Below, one piece after another: positions 8,735 through 18,500 of a DNA stretch of 64,000 nt (position 1 is the first letter of the stretch; each line of letters starts with the position of its first letter). The position numbers and the translations under genes were made by a program. The stretch lies in NCBI GenBank assembly GCA_905182885.1, contig CAJJCW010000001.1:439256-503255 (forward strand). The letters are read 5' to 3'. The notes beneath the pieces were generated by a model. That model made no database searches and was not told where the DNA came from. It saw only the letters and a list, made by a program, of their open reading frames with translations. Origin of the DNA: SAR86 cluster bacterium SAR86B. Lineage in GTDB: Bacteria; Pseudomonadota; Gammaproteobacteria; Magnimaribacterales; D2472.

Positions 8735-10848
8735 ATGAATATTATTAAAAATAGAATTGTTTTTTTATTATCTTTTTTATTATGTTTGGTTAGCCCATGG
8801 CTGGCCTCACAAACAGTTGAGGAAATCATTGTAAAAGGTGATTGGCGACAAATTTCAATTGAAAAGGAAGATTCAAGCATCATCGTTCTTGATGAAGAGC
8901 TAATCAAATCTCAACCAATTAAGCATTTTGAAATGCTGTCTTACCTAATACCTAATTTGAACTTTGCTGCTAGTGACTCAAGGGCTCGTTATTTTCAAAT
9001 TAGAGGGATTGGAGAAAGAGGTGGCTATGAGGGCACACCAAATTCATCAGTTGGTTTTTTGATCGATGATATTGATTATTCAGGGCAAGGTGGAATTGCT
9101 ACCACTTTTGATGTAGACCAAATTGAAGTTCACAGAGGCCCGCAGGGCTCAAGAATAGGAGCTAATGCTTTAGCTGGATTAATCTATATTAAAACAAAGG
9201 ATCCAACAGAAGAGTTTGAAGGTACAAGTGAAGTCACTATTGGTGATTATGGAGTATTGAATTCTGGAGTAGCATTTGGAGGCCCTTTGGACCAAAACAA
9301 GGATATAACCTATAGAATCGCATTGCGAAAAGATTATTCAAATGGTTTTAGAAAAAATGTATATCTAAATAAGTCTGACACCTCCAAGAAAGATGAAAGC
9401 ACTTTAAGATTAAAAGTTAATTGGAAGGCGAGTGATAAAACCTCTATTAAATTTCTAGTTACAGAAATTGATATGAATGACCCTGCTGATATCTGGACCA
9501 TAGATGATAGTCTTAATACTCTCTCAGATAGACCTGGAATGGATTCACAAAAAACAAATGCATACGGCTTAAAAATATTCCATAGATTTAATAAATTTGA
9601 GTTACAAAGTTTAACAAGCATCACTGATACCAATGTTATTTTTAGTTACGATGCTGATTGGGGTAACTCTGAATCTCATGCGCCATACACATATGATTAT
9701 TTTTCAGAAACCTTAAGAAATAGAGAATCATTTAGTCAAGAATTTAGGGTGGTTTCAAACCCTGCAGATCTTGCCTCAGACTTTCCTGCTGAATGGGTTG
9801 TGGGGGTCAGTTATTCTGATATCAATGAATCAAATTTAAAAAATGATGATGGTGTTTATGGTGATCCCTCTGATCCTTATGGGCCATATGCTAGTGAATC
9901 TTCTTCTTCAAGCAAATATAACTCAGAGAATCTATCAGTTTTCGGTAACCTAGATTACTTTATTAATGAGACGACAAAGATATCTATTGGAGCTAGATCT
10001 GAAGATTGGGATGCAAGTTATTCAGATTCTCTTGGAGAATCTTTTAATCCTTCTAAAAGAATGTCAGGTGGAAAAGTTTCATTAGTAAAAACCTTAATCA
10101 ATGACAGTACTATTTTTACAAGTATTGCTAAGGGTTACAAGCAAGGTGGATTCAATCTAGGCCTAGGTCTTGCTCCGATTCACAAAATAGAAATATCTAT
10201 TATGATCCTGAGTTCCTGACGAATTATGAGATGGGGATTAATACAAAACTATTAAACTCAAAATTAAATATAGGAGCTGTAATATTTTACTCAGACAGGG
10301 AAGATCAACAAGTTTCAATTTCAACTCAAGTTGACCCGAGTGACCCGAATACCTTTTCATATCTGACACAAAATGCTGCAGAGGGCATAAATAAAGGCCT
10401 AGAATTAAGCATGGATATGGAATTAACTGATTCCCTTAATGTTTTCGCTAATCTTGGAATACTAAAGACTGAGATAAAGAATTGGAAATCTAGACCGGAT
10501 CTTGAGGGAAGAGCTCAAGCACATGCACCTGAAAGAAGTTTTGCTTTAGGTTTTAGTTGGAAGCCAACCGAAAAGACTTACCTTTCTCTTGATGTAACCG
10601 GAAAAAGCAGTTTTTATTATTCAGATTCACATAATAATAAATCAGACTCATATGCCCTAACTAATATTAACTATGGCTACCAAAAAAATAATTGGAACTA
10701 TGAAATATGGGTTCGTAACATATTCGATACTTATTACTCTACAAGAGGTTTCTATTTCGGGAATGAGGCTCCAAATTTTGAAGACACTCTTTATAAAAGA
10801 CATGGAGACCCTAGACATTTAGGACTTTCTGTTCGATATGATTTTTGA
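8735..10848 (+). CDS. TonB-dependent outer-membrane receptor (thiamine-related by context), split by a frameshift
   Basis: It has a signal peptide, a plug domain (IEVHRGPQGSRIGANALAGLIYIKTKDP) and beta-barrel repeats. The terminal LSVRYDF ends in an aromatic residue. ORFs 8735-10219 and 10231-10848 join across ~10172-10182 (...GGFNLGLGLAP|DSQNRNIYYDPEFLTNYEMG). Confidence 0.85.
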
Positions 10849-11435
10849 CTTAATTGACCAATACTGGATGGAGTTTCTGGCAGTGGTATCAGCTATTGTC
10901 TATCTATTGCTTAGCTGTAAGACAAGATATAAGATGCTGGTTTGCAGCCATTCTCAGTTCTTTTCTATATTTTTTTATCATGTTTTCAGCTGGCCTATAC
11001 ATGGAAGCTGGATTACAAATATTTTATATACTTATGGCTGTTTATGGATGGTCTCAATGGAGAGAGGAGAGCACAGCAAATATAAAGCTCTCTGTTAAAA
11101 CCTGGAAGCCAATTAACCATCTCTTCTCAATCTCTTTAATATTACTTCTTGCTTACGCCTCTGGTCTCATCCTTGAAAAATTTACAAATGCAGTTTTCCC
11201 ATTTATCGATGCTTTAACTACATGGGGAGCAATAGTGGCTACTTATATGGTTGCAAAGAAATTGTTAGAGAATTGGATCTATTGGTTTGTGATTGATTCT
11301 ATTTCTATTTTCTTGTTTATGTCTAGAGGCCTTGTTCTAACATCTATTTTATTTTTTATATATCTCATTATTATATATTTTGGTTACAAGTCATGGGCTA
11401 GAATTAAAGACAATGGAAGCATTAAACCTATCTAA
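10838..11435 (+). CDS. PnuC-family inner-membrane transporter (PnuT-like), split by a frameshift
   Basis: ORF 10838-11098 supplies the N-terminus (DQYWMEFLAVVSAIVYLLLS). ORF 10854-11435 supplies the rest (RQDIRCWFAAILSSFLYF...LMAVYGWSQW, the PnuC hallmark). The shift lies at ~10900-10920. The gene overlaps the receptor stop by 11 nt. Confidence 0.75.
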
Positions 11436-12246
11436 AAGAATTGAATCTATTTCTTCTGAAATAGAAATCATAAAAAAACTTAAAACCGGCCCGGTATCTG
11501 AAATATATTTGTGTACGTTAAGAAATATCAAAGCAGTATTAAGAGTGGATTATTCATGGGCTTCTTTTTTACCCTTTGATAGAAATAGAGAAATAAGGAT
11601 TATTCATGGTGTTGAGCACTTAGAACTTGCGCCTAAAATTTTATATCATGATGCTTCTAACGGGGTTCTTATCTGGAGATATATTGAAGGAGTAGAGTTT
11701 AATTTTATATCTGGATCTCGAGCCGATCTAATCACAGGGCTTGGAATGAATTTAATAAAACTTCATCAGTCAAAGCTTCCTGATATAGATATCGCATCAT
11801 TTAAGACTTTTATTGCTGCATATGAAATTCTTCTTCAAGAAGAGTCAAAAGAGACGTTAATTAATAAAGGTTTCAAGCTTTACAATGATATATGCGAAGA
11901 CGGGACAGATTATGTTCTTTCCCATAATGATCTTAATAAATCAAACCTTCTAATAGGGGATAAATTTTATTTCTTAGATTGGGAGTATGCTGGGCTTAAC
12001 CATCCTTACTTTGATATAGCAACACTCTGCCACTCATTAAATCTATCAGATGAAAATACCCAGTTATTATGGAATGCTTATTCCAATGATGGCTCTTTAA
12101 TAGATGTAAAAAAATTAGATCAGTGGATTCTTTTTATTCAATATCTAGACCTTTTTTGGAGAAAATCGATAGAAAAATTAGCACCTATTTATAAAGATAA
12201 AATGGATATATCCGCTCTAGAAAAAAAACTGTCTTTATTAAGTTAA
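11413..12246 (+). CDS. ThiK-like kinase (choline-kinase/APH phosphotransferase fold)
   Basis: The catalytic loop LSHNDLNKSNLLI and the Mg-binding FLDWEYAG are present, and the length (~277 aa) is similar to thiamine kinase. Its operon position is after the riboswitch, receptor and PnuC-like gene. The start could also be the TTG at 11380. Confidence 0.65.
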   Translation: MEALNLSKRIESISSEIEIIKKLKTGPVSEIYLCTLRNIKAVLRVDYSWASFLPFDRNREIRIIHGVEHLELAPKILYHDASNGVLIWRYIEGVEFNFISGSRADLITGLGMNLIKLHQSKLPDIDIASFKTFIAAYEILLQEESKETLINKGFKLYNDICEDGTDYVLSHNDLNKSNLLIGDKFYFLDWEYAGLNHPYFDIATLCHSLNLSDENTQLLWNAYSNDGSLIDVKKLDQWILFIQYLDLFWRKSIEKLAPIYKDKMDISALEKKLSLLS

Positions 12247-12256
12247 CTGATTTAGT

Positions 12257-13054
12257 TTAATTTTTTTCATCGCCTTCCATCGGAGTTAGAAAATCTTCAT
12301 ATTGCTTTTGCAGTCTTTGCATTCCTCCAATCCATCTATCTCGATCGTTTGCTTTTCTTTGCATGTATTCTGTTACTTCTTGATGGGGGAGAACTAGAAA
12401 ACGCTCTTCCTTTATTGCGTCTAATACATCATTAGCCACAACATCCGCTTCAAGCATTCCATCTACTCCTGCAACACCAGGGCCTTGTTCGGTCATAGCT
12501 GTTCTAACTGCCTGAGGGCATAGACAAGAAACTCCTATTCCTTTGTTACCATATGTAATTTTAATCCACTCAGCAAAGCTTACAGCCGCTGCTTTTGTTA
12601 CAGCATAACCAGCAGCCCCTAATTGAGTTAAGAGCCCAGCAGCAGATGAGGTATTAACTAAATATCCCTCGCCCCTTTCTATCATCTGAGGCAAAACGTG
12701 CTTAGCCGCATGAATATGAGACTGAACATTTACACCCCAAATATGATTCCAATCAGCAGTATCGGCTTCAAAAAAACCGGGTTTGCCACCGATACCAGCA
12801 TTAGAACAAAATATATCAATACCACCTGAGAGTTCATTAGCCTCGCTAATAACATTAATAATATCCTGCTCGTTTGAAACATCAGCAGCAACTGCGAGAC
12901 CCCCAATAGTATCTGCAGTTTCCCTTGCTCCATCAATATTCATATCAACACATACTATTGATTTAGCCCCAGCCTCTTTAAATGCAATACATAGAGCCTT
13001 GCCGATTCCACTTGCAGCACCAGTTACAACAATTCTTTTATTTAAAATATCCAT
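12257..13054 (-). CDS. Short-chain dehydrogenase/reductase (classical SDR)
   Basis: 265 aa with TGAASGIGKA (TGxxxGxG), NAG and YAVTKAA (YxxxK). Confidence 0.85.
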   Translation of the reverse strand: MDILNKRIVVTGAASGIGKALCIAFKEAGAKSIVCVDMNIDGARETADTIGGLAVAADVSNEQDIINVISEANELSGGIDIFCSNAGIGGKPGFFEADTADWNHIWGVNVQSHIHAAKHVLPQMIERGEGYLVNTSSAAGLLTQLGAAGYAVTKAAAVSFAEWIKITYGNKGIGVSCLCPQAVRTAMTEQGPGVAGVDGMLEADVVANDVLDAIKEERFLVLPHQEVTEYMQRKANDRDRWIGGMQRLQKQYEDFLTPMEGDEKN

Positions 13055-13130
13055 AATTTTATTTTATCTCATAATTGATAAATATATAGTCTCATAAATG
13101 CACAGCCCTCAATAAAATATATAATAATTT

Positions 13131-13846
13131 ATGCAAAAAAAAATCGTTATTATTGGAGCAAGCGGGGCAATAGGCAAAGCTTTTGTAGATTTGTATTCAA
13201 AAATTGATACCGTTGAGCATGTATTCTCTTTTTCTAAAACACAAATAGACTTTAGCTCAAGCAAGGTAAAAAGCTTTTCCATAGATATAGAGGATGAGAT
13301 TAGCGTAAAGAATGCAGCAGAGGTAATCGGCACCCAAAAAATTGACATAGTTATAGTCGCAACTGGAATTCTTCATAATAAAGATTTTGGTCCTGAAAAA
13401 AGTATTAAAGATTTAGATCCAGATAATTTTCTCAAAGTATTAAAAATTAATACCATTGGCCCAGCAATTATAGGAAAACATTTCCTCCCATTACTTACTA
13501 AAGATCAAAAAAGTGTTTTTGCTTTCTTGAGTGCAAGGGTCGGTAGCATCTCAGAGAATAAGCTAGGAGGCTGGTATTCTTATAGGGCTAGTAAAACAGC
13601 ACTTAATCAGGTTGTTAAAAACTTTAGCATAGAGGTTTGTAGAACAAATCCAAATGCAGTTATTCTAGGCCTTCAGCCTGGGACAGTGGAAAGTAATTTA
13701 AGTGAGCCTTTTAAAAAAAATGTCGCTAGAGAAAATTATTCACACCAGAATATAGCGCTGAAATGCTTGCTAAGGTAATTCTTAATTCCACTCAGAAAAA
13801 CTCCGGAGACTTGTTGAGTTGGGACGGTGAGATTATTAATCCTTAA
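13131..13846 (+). CDS. Short-chain dehydrogenase/reductase (C-factor/CsgA-like SDR), C-terminus split by a frameshift
   Basis: IIGASGAIGKA and YRASKTA (YxxxK) are present. After ...PFKKNVARE the natural continuation KLFTPEYSAEMLAKVILNSTQKNSGDLLSWDGEIINP* lies in the -1 frame. The shift is in an A4 run at 13732-13735, and the track ORF stops early at 13778. Confidence 0.8.
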
Positions 13847-13859
13847 GAATTTTAAGCAT

Positions 13860-13890
13860 AAAAAAACCCGGTATAAAACCGGGTTTTTAT
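13860..13890. terminator. Bidirectional rho-independent terminator shared by the SDR (+) and proteorhodopsin (-)
   Basis: The sequence is AAAAAA-ACCCGGT-ataaa-ACCGGGT-TTTTT. It has a perfect 7-bp GC-rich stem and a 5-nt loop, with an A-run upstream and a T-run downstream, so it reads as a terminator on both strands. Confidence 0.8.
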
Positions 13891-13910
13891 TTAACTATTA
13901 AAGTTACTAA

Positions 13911-14660
13911 TTATGCATTAGATTCTTTAACTGCAACATGCCAGATAACTAAACCAAATAGAATCTTGTTAACAAAGTCAGCAAGGTTATATACGATGTT
14001 TAAGTTAGAAGCATATACGCCTTCGCCACCCATTAGGTAACCGGCAGCATATCCAGCTGGGTATATAGCCCAACCAACTACTATAATTAACATCATAGTA
14101 TTGTATGCAGACATAACAGCAGGACTTGCAGTACTTACAGCAGCTTTTCCTTCACCCAAGTATAGAGTGTGGATCATGTATAACCATGCAGCCATTGCAA
14201 CAACAAATGCAGGTAATGCTCCCATAATTCCAGCTTCACCCATGTATCCAAATAAAAGCATTACTAGCGAACCGCCAAGCAATTTCTTGAATAATGAACC
14301 TGCAACATTAGTACATGCAGCAAGAATTAAGTAGAACTCAACCATCAGTAATGGAACAGTTAATAACCAATCAATATATCTAAATACTGTTGGCGTTTCA
14401 CCAGTCTCGATCCAAACACCTCTCATATAGAGATAATGCCAGAATGCTATACCAGTCACTAAACCAGAAACTGTAAGCGATGTTTTCCACTTAGCACTAA
14501 CTTGGTCTCTTTCAACAAAGAAGAAAACAGTAGCAGCAAGAAGAGCAGCAGTCACAAGCCAAAACGAAACACCTGTTAAGTCACTAGCCTGAAGGTCGCC
14601 ACCACTAGCAGCAAATGAAGGAAGTGCAATAACACTACCTAGGATTAATAATAATTTCAT
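13911..14660 (-). CDS. Proteorhodopsin, green-tuned proton-pump type
   Basis: 249 aa with a signal peptide and 7 TM helices. RYIDWLLTVPLLMVEF carries D97/T101/E108 (DTE) and Leu105 (green tuning). H75 lies in FWHY. The Schiff-base Lys lies in DFVNKILFG (K232 of this ORF). It is very close to SAR86-type PR as I recall it. Confidence 0.97.
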   Translation of the reverse strand: MKLLLILGSVIALPSFAASGGDLQASDLTGVSFWLVTAALLAATVFFFVERDQVSAKWKTSLTVSGLVTGIAFWHYLYMRGVWIETGETPTVFRYIDWLLTVPLLMVEFYLILAACTNVAGSLFKKLLGGSLVMLLFGYMGEAGIMGALPAFVVAMAAWLYMIHTLYLGEGKAAVSTASPAVMSAYNTMMLIIVVGWAIYPAGYAAGYLMGGEGVYASNLNIVYNLADFVNKILFGLVIWHVAVKESNA

Positions 14661-14721
14661 ACGTAACTCCTGTAACAGAAAAAGAAGCTAAATTGCCTCC
14701 CCCTTTTTTATATGAACCATT

Positions 14722-14750
14722 ATATTACCCAATATTCATATATGTTTCAA
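14722..14750 (-). promoter_or_regulatory. Candidate sigma70 promoter of the proteorhodopsin gene
   Basis: The minus-strand reading is TTGAAA (14750-14745), a 17-nt spacer, then TAATAT (14727-14722). That leaves a ~60-nt leader and AGGAG 7 nt before the ATG. Confidence 0.5.
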
Positions 14751-14793
14751 ACTTTTAATGAGAATGATTCTCGTCTTGAAAATATAGATTTTT

Positions 14794-17093
14794 TTAAAAT
14801 CTTGCGCTTAAAGAGACTCCAAGCATTAAAGGAGGTCCCGCTACATAAGTTGGTAATCCAAGAACATCTCCACCAACGTTACCACCATCAATTAAAAACT
14901 CTTCATCCATTATATTTTTAAAGTAGATTGAGGTACTTACGTTCTCTGAAATGGCTACATTTACATTTAGGTTTAGTAAGCCATAACCTTCTTGATAGGT
15001 ATCTAGATCATTACTTTCTTCAAAATAAACATCATCTTGGTAGGTATAAGCAAGAATATAGTTAGCCATGCCTCTATCTAATGAGATCCCAATAGAGTAG
15101 TTAGATTCAGGAGCAAGTCTCCAAGTATTTCCAGCATAGTCAAAATCCTTATCATCAATTGTATTTTGTCCAAGCTTCGCATTTTGATAGCCGTAAGAAC
15201 CGAATATTTTGACTGAATCAAAAATTACATAATTCCCATAAAACTCATAACCATCTATTGTTGCTGTTTCCATTACTGAGTATGAAGTAAACCCAGTATT
15301 ATAGTTAAGCTGCGCAACAGTATAATTTGAAAAGTCGTAGCTAAATATAGCTCCAGATAGGAATAACTTACTATCAACATAGTTAAAACCAAGATCCTGA
15401 GATTCTATTGTTTCAGCAGGGGTAACTCCTGTATAACTTACATAAGGACTTATCCTTCCTTCTGAAGAGGTGATATAAAAAGATAAGCTATCTGAATAGT
15501 TGTAAACACTTGATAGTTTTAACAAAGGCTCACCTTCATCTTTATGTGAATTTTTTTGCTGAAGAACGGCATCCTGACATGTGCCTGTTACTAGAGGCCT
15601 ATTACATTCTTTTGCATCAAAAACAACAGCTGTATCATTTGAAGAGTCTCTATAACCAACAGTAAAGCTAAGGTCATCAGTTAAGTGGTATGTAGCATCT
15701 ACATAAAAAGATGATGAATCTTGTGATTCAGTTTGAACTTTAGGTTGAATATAGGGACTAACGTCAACTGGAAGGTTGTAAATTGATCCATCTGGAAGAG
15801 GTACTGGAATTGTATTGAAGGGATTATTCTGCAATGTAGAGGCAAAGAGAGATCTTAATTGTTGAATTGGGAAGTTATCTCCATAAACATTGCTAGAAGA
15901 AAATGCACCTCTTCCACTTTGCAAAATCGACAGCAATCCATTGGCTGCTGCAAATTGCCCATCAAATGTTAGAAAAGCTAACAGATAGGGCTCAGCAAAT
16001 TCAATGCCTAGGTAATCATACGTTTCTTTATCTGTCTTAGTGTAACCAACCATTAGATCTAACTTATCATTGCTAAATTGGTATTGGGCTTCAAAGCCAG
16101 AAAGGTCGGCATTATTAGTTTTACCCGCTTCCATAATATTTAAATAAGAGCCGTCAGTATCAATAAAGCTAAAGGTATTTGACTGAGTATCAAAGAAACT
16201 CAACGAAGCAGAAGAGTTTTTATTAATAGAGTAATTCAAAAAATATTGCTGAGTTAGCATTTCTCTATCAGTTTTAGAGTCTTGAGTATTTCTAAAATCA
16301 ACTTCGCCATATGGTGATCTATCCTGATTTTCTGAGAAAATGTAAGCACTCTTATATCCAACACCTGGCAGTTTGTTATTTTCTTGGTTGATAACTACGT
16401 CTAAAATGTCAAATTATCAGTAATTTCATTTGTGTAGCTTAATCTTAATGCTGAGACATTACCTCTACCATTTACATTATCACCATCACCTATATTTTTT
16501 GTATATCCTTTTATATCACTATTAAAAGTAGATATTCTCAATGAAGATGAGTCAGTTAAGGAGATATTATTAACACTTTGCAGATCTCTACTATTGAAAT
16601 TACCGAAGCCCATCGAAAGAGAGCCATAAGTAGAGCCTAGTTCAGCCTTATTTGTAACAACATTGAATGCTCCAGCCGCAGAATCAACTCCGAATGTAGA
16701 TGGTTGTGGTCCTTTTAAGATTTCCACTCTAGTTAAGTCATACAAAGCAAAAGAGGACATAGTGGTTGATGACATTGTTAAACCATTCATAAATCTACCA
16801 ATTCTACTAACTAAGAAACCTGAATCAGCACCAACTCCTCTTATTGAAAGACTTGGATTAATAACATCCTCTTCTTGAACGGTAAAATTTGGAACATAAT
16901 AACTAAGCTGACCTAGCTCAGTAATTTTTTGGTCCTCCATGAAGTCTTCGTTATAAAGATTCATAGTAGTCCCAATATCAAGGATATTTTTCTCTGTCTT
17001 TTCTGCAGTTACTATTACTTCCTCAACATTCTGTTGAGCTGAAAGCACTATAGACATTGAAATACATACTGCTAGTAGATAATTAGTTTTCAT
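14794..17093 (-). CDS. TonB-dependent outer-membrane receptor, split by a frameshift
   Basis: ATG at 17093 (MKTNYLLAVCISMSIVLSAQQ signal). The plug contains VEILKGPQPSTFGVDSAAGAFNVV. The C-terminal ...LGVSLSARF ends in an aromatic residue. The frame of ORF 14794-16260 stays open upstream to ~16400 and joins ORF 16401-17165 with one base change at ~16405-16415 (...ITDN|FDILDVVINQ...). Confidence 0.85.
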
Positions 17094-17207
17094 AAAATAG
17101 TTATTAGTTAGAATCGGGAAATTATAGTCCCTATTAAAAGCATATAAAATTGTTTTTTTTAGCACATAAAGTTTTGCTTAATAATCAATGTTGAGTATGA
17201 TTTAGAT

Positions 17208-17690
17208 ATGAGAGTAGGAATATACCCGGGATCTTTTGATCCTATTACATTTGGCCACATGGATATCATTGATCGTGGCTGTGGTTTGTTCGATAAAGTT
17301 ATTGTTGCAATAGCTAAAAGTGAATCTAAAAATCCTTTATTCTCAGTTGAGGACAGGATCAACTTAGCTCAATCGATATATGCTGATAATGATAAAGTTG
17401 AAGTTTTAGGATTCCCAAGAAAGCTGACAGTCGATCTAGCAAGAGATCATAATGCTTGCGCCATCATAAGAGGTCTTAGAGCTGTTTCTGATTTTGAGTA
17501 TGAATTTCAACTTGCAACCATGAACAGGTCTCTTGCTCCTGATATAGAGAGCATCTTTCTAACACCCAAAGAAAGTTTAATATATGTATCTTCTAGTCTA
17601 ATAAAGGAGATATCTGGACTCAATGGAGATATTTCTAAATTTGTTCATCCGATAGTTGAACAAGCCCTTAAGGCCAAGCAAAGCGTTTAG
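17208..17690 (+). CDS. coaD: Phosphopantetheine adenylyltransferase
   Basis: 160 aa with the N-terminal YPGSFDPITFGHMDII (T/HxGH nucleotidyltransferase motif). It is co-linear with CoaD. Confidence 0.95.
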   Translation: MRVGIYPGSFDPITFGHMDIIDRGCGLFDKVIVAIAKSESKNPLFSVEDRINLAQSIYADNDKVEVLGFPRKLTVDLARDHNACAIIRGLRAVSDFEYEFQLATMNRSLAPDIESIFLTPKESLIYVSSSLIKEISGLNGDISKFVHPIVEQALKAKQSV

Positions 17691-18497
17691 CTCTGACAGC
17701 TATCCACAAAAAAAAGTTGCTCTTGTATTGATTACCACCTTTGTGATTAATGTTTTACATTTTTTGCATTCAAGTCCTTCTCTCCCATATGCATTAAGCT
17801 CGAATTTAAAATAACCAGGACTTCCGTCTGCAGAATAAAAATCTTTTAGAGTTGTGCCTCCAACCTTAATTGCAGCATTTAAAATTTTCTTTGCAGAGTT
17901 AGTAATTTTTTTACAATCCTCAATACTTAAATCAGATGCAATTCTATTAGGATTAATTTGAGCAAGATATAAACTTTCAGATGCATATATATTTCCAATT
18001 CCAACGACATTTTTTTGGTTCATTAATAAGCTTTTAATATTTATTTTAGATTTAGCAGTTATTTTATGAAGATCTATAGGGTTAAAATCTTTAGATAGCG
18101 GCTCCGGACCAAGGTTTTTTATTAGCCTATGCTCATCTAGTTTGTCTGCTAGATGAATCGACCCAAACCTTCTAGGGTCGTTATAGACAATCTTTTCTTC
18201 ATCAAAAATAAATTCAGCATGATCATGCTTTAAAAAAAAATTGTCATTATTTTTAGAAATCCTGAAGCTTCCAGACATTCCAAGATGAAGAATAATATTA
18301 ATATTATCTAAATGAAATATGATGTATTTAGCTCTTCTGCTAATCTTATTAACGGGTTGATTTTTTGTTAATAATTCAAAGTTCTCAACGACTTTCCAGC
18401 GTAGATTTCTATTATGAATTTTTGTACTTTTTAAAGTGGACTGACTGAATTTATTAATAGCCCTGACGGTCGTTTCAACCTCTGGCAATTCGGGCAT
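17687..18497 (-). CDS. mutM: Formamidopyrimidine-DNA glycosylase, probable frameshift in the last few codons
   Basis: The N-terminal PELPEVE and an H2TH region are present. The zinc finger starts CKKCK...RATFFCG* and lacks its second CxxC. One base removed near 17700-17706 restores ...FFC-x2-CQS* ending at 17687. The track ORF ends at 17700. Confidence 0.85.
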
Positions 18498-18500
18498 ATG

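Noticed and set aside
8605-8907. A 100-aa ORF on the minus strand spanning the P4H/receptor intergenic region
   Set aside because: It runs antisense across the TPP riboswitch and the first 170 nt of the TonB receptor gene, starts at a TTG, and has low-complexity sequence. It is a shadow ORF.
10838-11435. Treating 10838-11098 and 10854-11435 as two overlapping genes
   Set aside because: The first frame carries only the PnuC N-terminal helix and then degenerates. The second carries the rest of the family. They are one gene with an indel.
14752-14780. A Fur box upstream of proteorhodopsin, downstream of the TonB receptor
   Set aside because: GAGAATGATTCTC matches only about 10 of the first 13 positions of the 19-bp Fur consensus, and the remaining 6 positions do not match. 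It also lies downstream of the receptor gene rather than in its promoter.
12257-17093. Retinal biosynthesis genes (crtE/B/I/Y, blh) or a sensory transducer next to proteorhodopsin
   Set aside because: I looked on both sides. The neighbours are two SDRs and a TonB receptor, and none has carotenoid-enzyme or dioxygenase signatures.
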